NCBI GenBank assembly: GCA_963805625.1
Contig: CAWDVE010000024.1
Location: forward strand, 115,093-179,092
Length of the DNA stretch: 64,000 bases
Source of the DNA: an uncultured Candidatus Rokubacteria bacterium
GTDB taxonomy: Bacteria; Methylomirabilota; Methylomirabilia; Rokubacteriales; DASRDR01
Direction: 5' to 3'
This document shows positions 54,530 to 64,000 of the stretch, piece after piece (the first letter of the stretch is position 1; every line of letters begins with the position of its first letter). The notes below the pieces were generated by a model. The model saw only the letters and a list, made by a program, of their open reading frames with translations, searched no databases and was not told the origin of the DNA. Position numbers and translations under genes: made by a program.

Positions 54530-55630
54530 TCACCGAGTCGGGCCCGACGTCCCGGCATGGCCCGGGCCGCGGCCCCGCGTCATGCGTGGCCGCGCCCATG
54601 GCGCCATGATCCAGAGGAACGCCACCACCCCGAGCCCGTAGTCATGGACCTGGGACAGTCCATGGAAGGCCGTCGCGGCGAGCGTCGCGAGTTCGGGGGA
54701 GAGCCCGAGCCAGAACGCGAAGCCGGCGGCCCCGGCCGCCTCATACGGCCCAAGGCTCGCGACGGTGGGCAGCGGCAGGGACGCCGCTAGCTCGGCCCCG
54801 GCCACCGAGAGAAACACGCGAACGAAGTTCAGGCTGCCCCACGGCTGGCCCTGCGAGACCAGGAGCGCCTGGAGGAGGCAGTAGTAGGCGCCGTACTTGG
54901 CGAGCCGCAGTACGAGCGACAGCCCCAGCGCCGGCAACAGGGTCCGCGCGCGCTCGAGGCGGTCGACCTCGGCCGCCCCGCCGAGGAGGAGCGGGAGCAG
55001 GCGGTTCCCCGGTGCCAGGAGACGCCCTGCCACCGCCCCCCCGATCCGGAGAAGCGGGGCCAGGAGCCAGAGCGCCGCCACGGAGCCGGCCAGGATGACG
55101 AGGCTCCCACCGACGAGGACGACCCGCGGCAGGGGCGCGCTGCCGGCGACGAGAACTGCCAGGACGAGGAGCGGGGCCACTGCGAGCGTGTCGAGGATGA
55201 ACGAGGCCGTGAACGACGCCACACCCGCCTCTAGCGGGAGGCCGAGCCGGGCGGTGACGAGGTAGAGGTAGCTTGCCGCCGCGCCCGCTCGCGCCGGGAC
55301 CAAGTCGACCGCCATGTTGCGGACCGCCGTCACGAGCACGAGCGGCCAGAAGGGGACCGGGCGCCCGAGGAGGAGGCGATACCGCAGCGCGCGGAGCAGT
55401 AAGGCCGCGGCGGAAATGCCCAGGTAGGCGCCGAGGCCCGGCAGCCAGATGGTCCTGATGAGGGTGAGCAGCCCGACCGGATCGATGCCCTGGGACGCAA
55501 ACAGGTAGGCGAGGATACTCCCGGAGAGCAGGAACGCCGCGGCCCAGCGCCAGAGCCCCCGTGGCTCAACCGCGGCCCGTATGGTGCGGGTCTCCGGCGC
55601 CCCTCGCGAAGCGGGCGGAGGGCGGGTCAC
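54530..55630 (-). CDS. lysylphosphatidylglycerol synthase TM/flippase-like (UPF0104) membrane protein
   Basis: RALRYRLLL, VPARAG, LGPYEAA; multiple TM segments. Confidence 0.75.
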   Translation of the reverse strand: MTRPPPASRGAPETRTIRAAVEPRGLWRWAAAFLLSGSILAYLFASQGIDPVGLLTLIRTIWLPGLGAYLGISAAALLLRALRYRLLLGRPVPFWPLVLVTAVRNMAVDLVPARAGAAASYLYLVTARLGLPLEAGVASFTASFILDTLAVAPLLVLAVLVAGSAPLPRVVLVGGSLVILAGSVAALWLLAPLLRIGGAVAGRLLAPGNRLLPLLLGGAAEVDRLERARTLLPALGLSLVLRLAKYGAYYCLLQALLVSQGQPWGSLNFVRVFLSVAGAELAASLPLPTVASLGPYEAAGAAGFAFWLGLSPELATLAATAFHGLSQVHDYGLGVVAFLWIMAPWARPRMTRGRGPGHAGTSGPTR

Positions 55631-55697
55631 GGGAGAGGTCTGCAGCGTCTCCTGCAGGGCGCACGACGCAACGTCGCGATCGCCCTCCCGCCGCGGG

Positions 55698-56105
55698 TCA
55701 TGGGCACGGCACCGGCGCCCTTCCCGGATCACGCGGGACATCCTCGTGAGTCACGACGGCCTCGACGCCGCCGACGGGATGCACCCGTGCGAGGGGGCCG
55801 ATCCACGGCGCGGTAACGGGCCCCTCCTTGACGTAGAGCCGGCCGGCGGGCGTCACCGTGCCGATCCGGGTGCCATCGAGGTCGAACGCGGCCACGTTGG
55901 AGGCGAGCAGGCCACTCCATGCGTCGGTGTTGGGCCCCTCTCTCACCAGAAAGTGGCCGTTGGTCTTCAGCATGGCCATGCGCGCGCCGTCGAGCTGGAA
56001 CGCGGCGACGCCCTCGCCTTCTCGGATCCAAGCGGCCGGTCCCACCTCGGCCGTGAACAACACGTCGTCAACGGTCAGCACCGCCATCCGGGTCACGGTC
56101 GACAT
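55698..56105 (-). CDS. hypothetical protein with ~37-aa internal repeats (propeller-blade-like), perhaps truncated
   Basis: VAAFQLDGARMAML..LVREG..W / VAAFDLDGTRIGTV..YVKEG..W; GAGGAGG RBS. Confidence 0.65.
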   Translation of the reverse strand: MSTVTRMAVLTVDDVLFTAEVGPAAWIREGEGVAAFQLDGARMAMLKTNGHFLVREGPNTDAWSGLLASNVAAFDLDGTRIGTVTPAGRLYVKEGPVTAPWIGPLARVHPVGGVEAVVTHEDVPRDPGRAPVPCP

Positions 56106-56147
56106 GGCCCGCCCTCCTCTGCAGACTCGGGTTCACACAGATCGGTA

Positions 56148-56270
56148 ACCCGACCGGAACGTGATGCGCGCCAGGCTTCAGGCAGACGCGGCCTGCCTGG
56201 CGTCAGTCGGGTGTGGCGAGGAGGGCGCTTAGGGCGCGGGGCGAATCAGGCAGAGCAGCGGATGCGGACT
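56148..56270 (-). repeat. ~120-bp block, inverted copy of 59959-60080
   Basis: Shared ..CCTGATTCGCCCCGCGCCCTAAGCG..GACGCCAGGC..CCGCGTCTGCCTGARGCCTGGCGC..CATCACRTTCCGGTCGGGT. Confidence 0.9.
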
Positions 56271-56513
56271 CGAACGGAGGCGTGGGACCGAGGACTCTGG
56301 TGCACAAGGGGCGCTGGAGGTCCGATTCCTGACGAACGGCGTCACGCGCCTCGACACCGGGCCGATGTCCGTGTGAAACTCATCGGACACCTCGACAAGC
56401 GCGACCGTCGGTAAACTTGCGGTCTCGGTATCCGCGCCGGCCGCTCTGATCGAGAGCCGAGCGTCAAGGAGGACGCACACAAGAAGCGTGACGAGCACCA
56501 CCCGTCCCGTCAT
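56229..56513 (-). CDS. putative leader/arrest peptide, copy 1 (94 aa)
   Basis: Hydrophobic N-terminus, DIGPVSRR, ends SSPHPLLCLIRPAP-TAA; paralog at 59710. Confidence 0.8.
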   Translation of the reverse strand: MTGRVVLVTLLVCVLLDARLSIRAAGADTETASLPTVALVEVSDEFHTDIGPVSRRVTPFVRNRTSSAPCAPESSVPRLRSSPHPLLCLIRPAP

Positions 56514-56520
56514 TGATGTC

Positions 56521-56549
56521 ACGATAGGGTGCTGGGCCACGGCTGTCAA
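56521..56549 (-). promoter_or_regulatory. sigma-70 promoter, likely leaderless
   Basis: TTGACA-N17-TATCGT-N7-ATG. Confidence 0.75.
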
Positions 56550-56777
56550 CGTCCCCGGCATCGGCGGGTCCGGACCCGGCCCGGAGCAGCGAGTCGAGAA
56601 CCCGCCGGCTGGGTGTCACGGCCTGCCGCGGCCTGTGCCGGCCGCTTCGGCCGGGCCGTGTCGGAGACGCCGTGGTGCCGTGTTCTGGAGCCTGGCCGTG
56701 CACGGCCGTCGCGCTGCAACCTGGCCCGGTCCTGCCAACGCGTACACCGCCGGCCGCCGAGAGGACTCGCTCGCGCG

Positions 56778-59483
56778 ATGACCCTCGGAACCCATCTTCG
56801 CATCGGCGCCCTGTTCCTCACGCTCGTGAGCGTCTACACGTGGCCCCTTGTCTGTGACCCTGCGCATTTGCTGCCGGCGGGTGCCGACCCTCGGCTCTTC
56901 AGTTGGGTGCTTCTCACCATGTTCCGAAATCTTGTGACGGACCCGGCGCTGCTCTTTCACGGCAACGCCCTCTACCCGATCGGCAGCAGCCTGGCCCTCG
57001 CGGAGCCGCTGGTCGTTCCCGCCCTGATGGCCGGCCCTGTGTTTGTCCTCACGCAGAACCCGGTCCTCGCCTACAACCTCACGTTGATCCTCTTCTGGGC
57101 GCTGTCCGGCTGGGCGATGTACGCGGTGGCCTTCTGGCTGACGCGACAGCACTCGGCCGCGTTTGTCGCGGGCGTGATCTTCGCCTTCGCGCCATATCGC
57201 ATGGATCACTACCGCGAGTTCCAGATGGAGATGGCGTTCGGCATTCCCCTGGCCCTCTATGCGCTGGTGCGTTTCCTGGAAACGCAACGGATGCGGTATC
57301 TCGTTGCCCTCCTGGTCGTCTTCGGCTTGCAGGCCGCTTCCGTCTGGTACTACGCGATCATCTCGAGCCTTGGCCTCAGCATCGTGGCGCTCCAGGTCAC
57401 CGCCCTCCGGTGGACGGGCTTCCGGCTCCGCGCCTTGGGTGCCGCGGGTCTGGGGCTCCTGGGACTGGCGCTGGTGCTGTACCCGGTGGCGGCGCCCTAT
57501 TTTCGGATGCGGCAGGAGCTGGACTATCGTCGCGACCTCGACGACGCGGTGCGCCGTTCGGCCGACGTCCTGTCCTACGTGGAGGCTCGTGCCAACTGGC
57601 TCTACCGAAGCTTCACCGTGGAGCGCGACTGGGAAGCATCGCTCTTCCTGGGGGTCGCGGGACTCCTGCTGGTGGCCCCGGGTCTCTTGTGGCTGCGGCG
57701 CGGGCCCGGTGCCGCCGCGCGAACCCGAGCTGAGCGATGGCTGGCGGTGGGGATCTGGCTGCTCTTGGGACTGAGTCTGTTCGCTCTCCTGGTTCGCGGG
57801 CGCGTCTACGTTGGTTTTTTCCGGATCGTCCTGCCCTTCACGGCGTGCGGTGTGGCCCTCCTCCTTGCCATGTTCGCTCGACATGCGTCCGAGGGATGGC
57901 GCCGATGGCACGCGGGCGTGGTCGATCGCCGCCTGTCTGACCGCGACTGGGTGACGATACTCCTGGGCCTGGCCGGTTTCGCGTTCTTCCTGTCACTCGG
58001 GCCGATTGTCGCCCTTGGCGGGAGAGCTTTGGGGAGTGGTCTGTATGCCTGGCTGTGGCCCTACCTCATTCTTCTGCACGCCATCCGGGGCCCGACGCGC
58101 ATCGGCGTGCTGTTCCTCTTCAGCGGCGCCCTGCTTGCGGCGTTGGGCGTCACGCGGCTGCGCGCTGGGTGGCCCGCCCGACGATATCGGGGGCTGATGG
58201 CGCTGCTGGGCGTCGGCCTCCTGCTCGAATATGCATGGATGCCCTTGCCATACGAGACGGTCCCACCGTTCGCTCGTCCCGTCGACCAGGTGCTGCGTGC
58301 CGACCCCCGGCCAGCCGCCGTGCTCGAGTGGCCCACGAATGTCCCTGAGACCGACGCGGACGCGATGTTCCGGTCGCTCAGTCATGGGAAGTATGTCGTG
58401 AACGGGTTCTCCGGCTTCGTGCCGGCGCTGATCCGCGACTTGTCTCTCGCGCTCACGACACCGGGACCGATCTTCCCCGTTCCGGAGGCCCAGGCCGCAC
58501 TTCGTCAGATCTATCCGCTGCGCTACCTCATCGTCCGGCTTGAGGACCCGGCGCTCAGCGAGGAGTGGCGGGCCACCTGGCGGGCCGTGCGGCTCCGGCC
58601 GCCTTCCCTGCTCACGTTCCGGGGCACGTTCGGTTCGGACGACCTTTACGAGATTACGCCGACGCCCGAGCGAGGCCTTCGGCTGGAACGCTGGGTGTCG
58701 TACGGCGTCCTGCATCGGCATCCCGTGGCGACGGTGCGGCTTCGCCCGCTCGCGGAGACCGCGTGCTGCGATCAATGGGTAGATGTGCTCCTCAATGATT
58801 CCGTGGTGCGCCGGATCCCGCTCAACCGTGAAGCGACAGATACCGTGGTTCTCACCTCGCCGGTCTTTCAGGCCGCGCCGAATGTCATCACGATTCGATA
58901 CGGCTACCGGCGCGCGCCGGGGACCCTGAACGATTCGTTCCGCATCGGGACGACCGGCGCCCGGAGCTCAGGAGACCTGCGGGTGGTGAGCGTGGGCCAG
59001 CCTCACGGGAGCGCGAGTTCTATCTCGCTCAATGGCGTGGAGTGCTCTCCGGATCGGCGGGGCTACAATCTGGTGGCCGTCGACACGACCGGATACGTCG
59101 TCGATGCGAAGGCGTTCGATACCTTCGCGGACGCCGCCGCCGCCGCCGAGCTGGCCGCCTGGGTGGGGTCCTTGCCCCTGGGGACCATCGTTGCGGGCGC
59201 CGTACGGGACGAGGGGTCCGGACGGTTGACCGCGGAGGCCGTCACGGCACTCGGGCAGCTCGGCGTCACGGGGGATCTGCGCGGCCGGTTTCGAGAGGCG
59301 CACGCGTTCATCGGGGTGAAAGGTGCGTCGCCAGGGACCGCTCTTGAGGCGCTCGGCCCCCAGCCGGTGAAGCTTCTGGTCGGGGATCCTCCCGAAGAGA
59401 CGGGCCTCGAGTTGCTCGAGTTCGCGCTTGAATCTGGGCTCCGCGCGGAACCGGACGCGATGCGAAACGTCCACGGCCGATAG
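56778..59483 (+). CDS. large multi-pass membrane protein (GT-C/YfhO-like) with a C-terminal ILEI-like domain
   Basis: TWPL..DP, LAYN, FAFAPYR, VNGFSGF; C-terminal RRGYNLV..FDT..AVRDEG..FIGVKG. Confidence 0.75.
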   Translation: MTLGTHLRIGALFLTLVSVYTWPLVCDPAHLLPAGADPRLFSWVLLTMFRNLVTDPALLFHGNALYPIGSSLALAEPLVVPALMAGPVFVLTQNPVLAYNLTLILFWALSGWAMYAVAFWLTRQHSAAFVAGVIFAFAPYRMDHYREFQMEMAFGIPLALYALVRFLETQRMRYLVALLVVFGLQAASVWYYAIISSLGLSIVALQVTALRWTGFRLRALGAAGLGLLGLALVLYPVAAPYFRMRQELDYRRDLDDAVRRSADVLSYVEARANWLYRSFTVERDWEASLFLGVAGLLLVAPGLLWLRRGPGAAARTRAERWLAVGIWLLLGLSLFALLVRGRVYVGFFRIVLPFTACGVALLLAMFARHASEGWRRWHAGVVDRRLSDRDWVTILLGLAGFAFFLSLGPIVALGGRALGSGLYAWLWPYLILLHAIRGPTRIGVLFLFSGALLAALGVTRLRAGWPARRYRGLMALLGVGLLLEYAWMPLPYETVPPFARPVDQVLRADPRPAAVLEWPTNVPETDADAMFRSLSHGKYVVNGFSGFVPALIRDLSLALTTPGPIFPVPEAQAALRQIYPLRYLIVRLEDPALSEEWRATWRAVRLRPPSLLTFRGTFGSDDLYEITPTPERGLRLERWVSYGVLHRHPVATVRLRPLAETACCDQWVDVLLNDSVVRRIPLNREATDTVVLTSPVFQAAPNVITIRYGYRRAPGTLNDSFRIGTTGARSSGDLRVVSVGQPHGSASSISLNGVECSPDRRGYNLVAVDTTGYVVDAKAFDTFADAAAAAELAAWVGSLPLGTIVAGAVRDEGSGRLTAEAVTALGQLGVTGDLRGRFREAHAFIGVKGASPGTALEALGPQPVKLLVGDPPEETGLELLEFALESGLRAEPDAMRNVHGR

Positions 59484-59672
59484 ACGAGAGGGGCCCCGGT
59501 GCTGAGTCGGTCCGTTGCCATGACTCACACCGGCTCGATCCTTCGCCACGCGGCCCCTCGTAGCTTCCTGAGCCCGCTGACGGAGTGACGTGCCGCGGAT
59601 CGGCTGGTCTGTACCTCCTCCCGTGGGGCGGAGTCTTCCGTCAGGCCCCGGCGAGCGATTGAGCGTTTCCGG

Positions 59673-59702
59673 TTGACAGTCTCCCGCTTGACCCTGTACG
59701 GT
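59673..59702 (+). promoter_or_regulatory. sigma-70 promoter, likely leaderless
   Basis: TTGACA-N18-TACGGT-N7-GTG. Confidence 0.7.
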
Positions 59703-59709
59703 CGAGTTC

Positions 59710-60000
59710 GTGAAGCTGCGGTGGTCCATCCTGGTCATTCTCGGTCTCTGGCTTGTCCTCCAAGTGGGTCTGCCCGCTGAGGCGCCGGCCACATTCTCCG
59801 AGTCTCTGACGGGGATCAGCAGTGAGGCGTGTGAAGGCTTCGGCGAGGCCAGCAGGGACATCGGGCCGGCATCCAGGCGCCTGAGTCGGTTCGCGGCGAA
59901 CCGGATGGCCCGCGTCCAGGTCGGCGTGCACATGCCTGTTGCCTCCCAGCAGAACTCCAGTCCGCATCCGCTGTTCCGCCTGATTCGCCCCGCGCCCTAA
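59710..60000 (+). CDS. putative leader/arrest peptide, copy 2 (96 aa)
   Basis: Signal peptide ..LPAEA, DIGPASRR, ends SSPHPLFRLIRPAP-TAA. Confidence 0.8.
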   Translation: MKLRWSILVILGLWLVLQVGLPAEAPATFSESLTGISSEACEGFGEASRDIGPASRRLSRFAANRMARVQVGVHMPVASQQNSSPHPLFRLIRPAP

Positions 60001-60080
60001 GCGCTCTCCCGGCCGACCGGACCGACGCCAGGCCGCCCGCGTCTGCCTGAGGCCTGGCGCTCATCACATTCCGGTCGGGT
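59959..60080 (+). repeat. ~120-bp block, inverted copy of 56148-56270
   Basis: Direct base comparison; conservation extends ~80 nt past the stop codon. Confidence 0.9.
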
Positions 60081-60417
60081 CACTCGAGGCTCTCGCTCTT
60101 GCCCCTGAGTCGAGACCGACGGAGGAGCCATGCGTGGACGGGAGGCGTGCCGTGGGCGAATCGCGCGAGACCGAGGCGGTGAGCGGCATCGGAGGCGCGC
60201 TCGATGGGGGGCGGCGGCGCCTGGAGCGCTCTGAGGACCGAGGTGTCCCAATCCGGTCGGAGAAACCGTGGGTCGAAGGCGAGCAGGGTCCGCTCGCCTG
60301 GGCTCCGGGCGGGAGGAGCATGAGCACGACGGGGCCGGCTGAGATGTTGCCCGGGAGGTCCGTACTCCATCTGGGACCACTGATTCGCCATCTGAGGGTC
60401 CGTCAATGGCTCGATCT

Positions 60418-61647
60418 GTGAGCGTCGCGGCTCAGCTGAGGACGAGCCCGCCAGGTTTGGATGCGCAACAATCCAGCCTGCGCGTCTTGATGGTGGCGCC
60501 GACGCCGTTCTTCGGCGATCGCGGCTGTCACATCCGGATCCTTGAGCAAGCGCGCGCGCTTCGCCGCCTCGGCGTCGAGATCTTGCTGGCCACGTACCAC
60601 GTCGGGCGCGACGTCCCTGACGTCCCGACGGTTCGAACACCGCGCGTGCCCTGGGTGCGCGCCTTGCCCATCGGGTTCTCCATCCACAAGCTGTATCTTG
60701 ACGGCCTCCTGTTCGCGGCCACGCTTCGGGCGGCGCGGCGCTTCCGGCCGGACCTCCTTCATGGCCACCTCCACGAGGGCGCCGTGATCGCGTCGGTCGT
60801 CGGCCGCCTCGTCGGGCGGCCGGCCGTCGGAGACCTCCAGGGCAGCGTGACGGGGGAGATGGTCGCCCACGGCCACATGCCCGCGAGGGGTCCGCTACCG
60901 CTGATGGTGCGCGCGCTGGAGCGCTGTGTCGTCCGATGGTCCAGTCGGCTCCTTCCATCGTCCTCGAACTTTGCCCGCGAGTTGGTCGACGCCTGGGGAG
61001 TCCCGCACGGGCGTGTCGTCCTGCTTCCCGACGGGACCGACCCGGAGGCCTTCCGCGCCCCAGCCGGCCTCGACGAGCTCCGCGACCGCCTGGGTTTGGT
61101 CGGCAAGCGTGTCGTCGTGTACCTCGGCGTGCTGACCGACTACCAGGGCGTCGATGACCTCCTCGCCGCGTGGCCGACGGTCACCGCCAGCGTGCCGGAC
61201 GCGCACCTCCTCCTGATGGGATACCCCAACGTGGAGCGCTACCGAACCCGGGTCGCCACGTTGGGTCTCGGCGGGTCGGTCACCGTCACCGGACGCATCG
61301 AGTACCGGGAGGCGCCGGACTACCTCGCCCTTGGCGATGTCGCCGTGAGCGCCAAGCACGTGAGCACGGAAGCGAACGGCAAGCTTCTCAACTACATGGC
61401 GATGGGGCTGCCCGTGGTCGCCTATGACGGACCGGTCTCGCGGGAGCTCCTCGGCGTGCACGGGGTCTTCGTGCCGATGCGAAACGTGCCGGCCCTCGGC
61501 GCCGCCCTCGCCCGGCTTCTCCGCGACCCGCAGGAGCAGAAGCTCCGCGGCCAGGCTCTGCGGGAGCGCGTCGTCACCCGCTTCGCCTCGTCGACGCTGG
61601 CCGGGCGCCTCCTGGAGGTCTACCGAGACGTCCTCGGGAAGCCATAG
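60418..61647 (+). CDS. family 4 glycosyltransferase
   Basis: APTPFFGDRG, HGHLHEG, KLLNYMAMGLPVV. Confidence 0.9.
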   Translation: MSVAAQLRTSPPGLDAQQSSLRVLMVAPTPFFGDRGCHIRILEQARALRRLGVEILLATYHVGRDVPDVPTVRTPRVPWVRALPIGFSIHKLYLDGLLFAATLRAARRFRPDLLHGHLHEGAVIASVVGRLVGRPAVGDLQGSVTGEMVAHGHMPARGPLPLMVRALERCVVRWSSRLLPSSSNFARELVDAWGVPHGRVVLLPDGTDPEAFRAPAGLDELRDRLGLVGKRVVVYLGVLTDYQGVDDLLAAWPTVTASVPDAHLLLMGYPNVERYRTRVATLGLGGSVTVTGRIEYREAPDYLALGDVAVSAKHVSTEANGKLLNYMAMGLPVVAYDGPVSRELLGVHGVFVPMRNVPALGAALARLLRDPQEQKLRGQALRERVVTRFASSTLAGRLLEVYRDVLGKP

Positions 61648-61671
61648 GCGCTACAGCCCTGACCCTGCCGG

Positions 61672-63098
61672 ATGGTCTTTAGCTCGCCGATCTTTCTGTT
61701 TCTTTTCCTGCCGGTCGTGCTGGCGCTGCATGCGGGGATGCCACGCGGCGCCCGTAACCTTCTCTTACTCGTCGCGAGCCTCCTCTTCTACGCCTGGGGA
61801 GAGCCCGGGTTCATCCCAGTCCTGCTCGGAGCCCTGGCCCTCAACTGGGCGCTCGGCTGGGCCGTGGGCACCGCGCCGGTTCGGTGGCGACCGACCCTCG
61901 TCGCGCTGGCCGTCGCCCTGAATCTCGGGCTCCTGGTCACGTGCAAGTACGGGGCGTGGCTGGTCGCCAATTTCAACTCGGTCCTGTCGCCTTCGGCGGA
62001 CCGGCGTTCCCGGTGCCGCGCGGTGCCGTCATCATCGGTCTGTCGTTTTTCACGTTCCAGGCGCTCTCGTACGTGATCGACGTGGCCCGCCGTGAGGCGG
62101 CGATCCAGCGGAACCCGCTCACCCTCGCGCTCTACCTGGTGCTCTTCCCCCAGCTCATCGCCGGGCCCATCGTGCGCTACCACGACATCGCCGGCCAGCT
62201 CGCCCATCGGCAGCTGACCCGGCCCGAGGTCGCCCTCGGCGTGCACCGGTTCATCCTGGGACTCGGCAAGAAGGTGCTCATCGCCAACCCGGTCGCGGTG
62301 CCGGCCGACGCGATCTTCGCCCTTCCGACGGACCAGCTGACGGTGGGCCTCGCCTGGCTCGCGGCGCTCTGTTACACGCTCCAGATCTACTTCGATTTCT
62401 CCGGGTACTCGGACATGGCGGTCGGGCTGGGCCACCTGTTCGGGTTCCGGCTCCCAGAGAATTTCCGGCACCCGTACGTCGCCCGAGGCCTGACCGACTT
62501 CTGGCGGCGCTGGCACATCTCGCTGTCAACCTGGTTCCGCGACTACCTCTACATCCCGCTCGGCGGGAACCGCGTCGGCCCGGCACGCGTCTACGCAAAC
62601 CTCTTGGTCGTGTTCCTGCTCTGCGGGCTCTGGCACGGGGCGAGCTGGACCTTCGTCGTGTGGGGGCTCTATCACGGCGCGTTCCTGGTCCTGGAGCGTC
62701 TCGGGCTCGGCCGGCTCCTCGCCGGCCTGCGGCCTCTGATCGTTCACGGCTACACGCTCGTGGTCGTGATCGTCGGCTGGGTCCTGTTCCGGGCCCCGAC
62801 GCTCGAGGCCGGGTGGGCGATGCTCCAGGCGATGGCGGGTCTGGGCCTTGGAACAAGCGCCGAGCATGATGTGAGGCTCCACTGGGACACGGGCGTGGCG
62901 CTGAGCTTCGGCGCCGGTGTCCTCGGCGTGCTCCCGTTTGGCGCGGCCCTGGCGCGGTGGCGACGCCGCGTCGAGGCGTCGTGGCTGGACGACGCAGTGG
63001 CGGCTGGGCACGTCCTGACGCTGGGGGTGGTCCTGCTCGGGTGCGCGATGATGCTCGCCGCGGGCACCCACAACCCGTTCATCTACTTTCGCTTCTAA
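61672..63098 (+). CDS. MBOAT O-acyltransferase (AlgI-like), frameshifted near 61990
   Basis: MVFSSPIFLFLF, GLSFFTFQ, FPQLIAGPI, YFDFSGYSD, FWRRWHISLS, GLWHGA, FIYFRF. Confidence 0.88.
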
Positions 63099-63101
63099 GG
63101 C

Positions 63102-64000
63102 ATGCCGATACCACTCCTGTTCCCGCGTCGCGTCTGGGCCGATCGCGCTCTCATCGGCCTCTTCCTGGGGCTCCTGGCGCTCCCGCTCACGGCCACCGTG
63201 ACCGGGTTCCGCGCGGGCCCCGCGCTCGTGGAGCAGCGGACGCCGGCCCCCCGGCCCGCCTGGCGGCCCACGCGGGGCGTGGTCCTCGCCTATCCCCGCC
63301 GCTTCGAGGCGTACTGGAATGACACGTTCGGTCTTCGGGTGGCGTTGATCCGCGGCCACCACCGGCTGAAGCTGGCACTCGGGGTGGCCCCCTCGAACCG
63401 GGCGATCCTCGGACAGCGCGGGTGGCTCTTTCTTCAGGACAACTACGGGTTCGATTACTATCGGGCAGCGCGCCCATTTCCTCCCGACGCGCTGGCAGAA
63501 TGGAGCCGGCACTTCGAGCACGCGCGCGCCTGGCTGGCCGCGCGGGGGATCCGGTATCTGCTGGTCGTGGTTTCGGACAAGGCGACGATCTATCCTGAGT
63601 TCATGCCCGCGCGGATCCGGCGGGTGCGCGCCACGAGCTGGTCCGACGAGTTGTTCGCGCACCTACGCGCTCACACCCGGGTGGAGTTCCTCGATCTCCG
63701 TGAGGCCTTGCGGGCAGCGAAGGTGGACGAACGAGTCTATTGGCGCACGGATACGCACTGGAACGACCGCGGTGCCTTCGTCGCCTACCAGGCCATCATG
63801 GCGCAGCTCGCCCGCGCCTGGCCCCAGTCCACCCCATTCGGGGCCGACGAGTTCGAGCTGCACGAGCGGCCGGTGCCCGGGCAGGATCTCGCGCACGTCT
63901 TCGGGCTGCCGGACGTGCTGACCGACGAGTTCCAGGAGCTCCGGCCGCGCACTCCGCGCCGGGCGCGCGAGATCGTGGCCATCGCCAAGCGGCCGGATTA
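63102..64000 (+). CDS. AlgJ/AlgX-like O-acetyltransferase, runs off the window edge
   Basis: Manual translation: GWLFL, DKATIYPE, YWRTDTHWNDRG. Confidence 0.85.
   Translation, partial: MPIPLLFPRRVWADRALIGLFLGLLALPLTATVTGFRAGPALVEQRTPAPRPAWRPTRGVVLAYPRRFEAYWNDTFGLRVALIRGHHRLKLALGVAPSNRAILGQRGWLFLQDNYGFDYYRAARPFPPDALAEWSRHFEHARAWLAARGIRYLLVVVSDKATIYPEFMPARIRRVRATSWSDELFAHLRAHTRVEFLDLREALRAAKVDERVYWRTDTHWNDRGAFVAYQAIMAQLARAWPQSTPFGADEFELHERPVPGQDLAHVFGLPDVLTDEFQELRPRTPRRAREIVAIAKRPD

Noticed and set aside
56148-60080. The 120-bp inverted repeats as transposon ends around the membrane protein gene
   Set aside because: No transposase or target duplication seen; similarity tracks a reading frame, promoter and SD pairing instead
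60130-60421. Gene directly downstream of leader copy 2
   Set aside because: ATG 60130 gives only a short ORF and 60319-60421 is at most a UbiA-like N-terminal scrap (LIRHLRVRQW); the original target looks decayed, which weakens the case that copy 2 is functional

Overview
High-GC (roughly 70% by eye) bacterial DNA. The ABC substrate-binding and zinc-ribbon/adenylate-cyclase/AAA/TPR families suggest Methylomirabilota/Rokubacteria (inference). The left ~38 kb is a coherent regulatory island. A GAF-type sigma-54 activator sits above a sigma-54 promoter driving a STAS protein and an ECF sigma factor. Ten copies of one promoter motif (GAA[C/T]C-N18-[G/A]TCNRA) lie upstream of sugar/redox operons, the zf-HC2 anti-sigma operon, and two head-to-head genes that each have an in-frame UGA at a catalytic Cys position followed by a SECIS-like hairpin (an OsmC-like and a peroxiredoxin-like/DsbD-N selenoprotein). 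The 38-53 kb stretch is mostly gene remnants plus an intact SBP/adenylate-cyclase unit, and ends at a degenerate tRNA 3' fragment. The right end is a cell-surface glycosylation locus. It contains two inverted copies of a cassette: leaderless sigma-70 promoter, signal-peptide ORF ending SSPHPLxxLIRPAP-stop, conserved RNA block, and an anti-SD just after the stop codon. This looks like an undescribed SecM/Apd-like translation-arrest leader. All calls were made by eye, without database searches.
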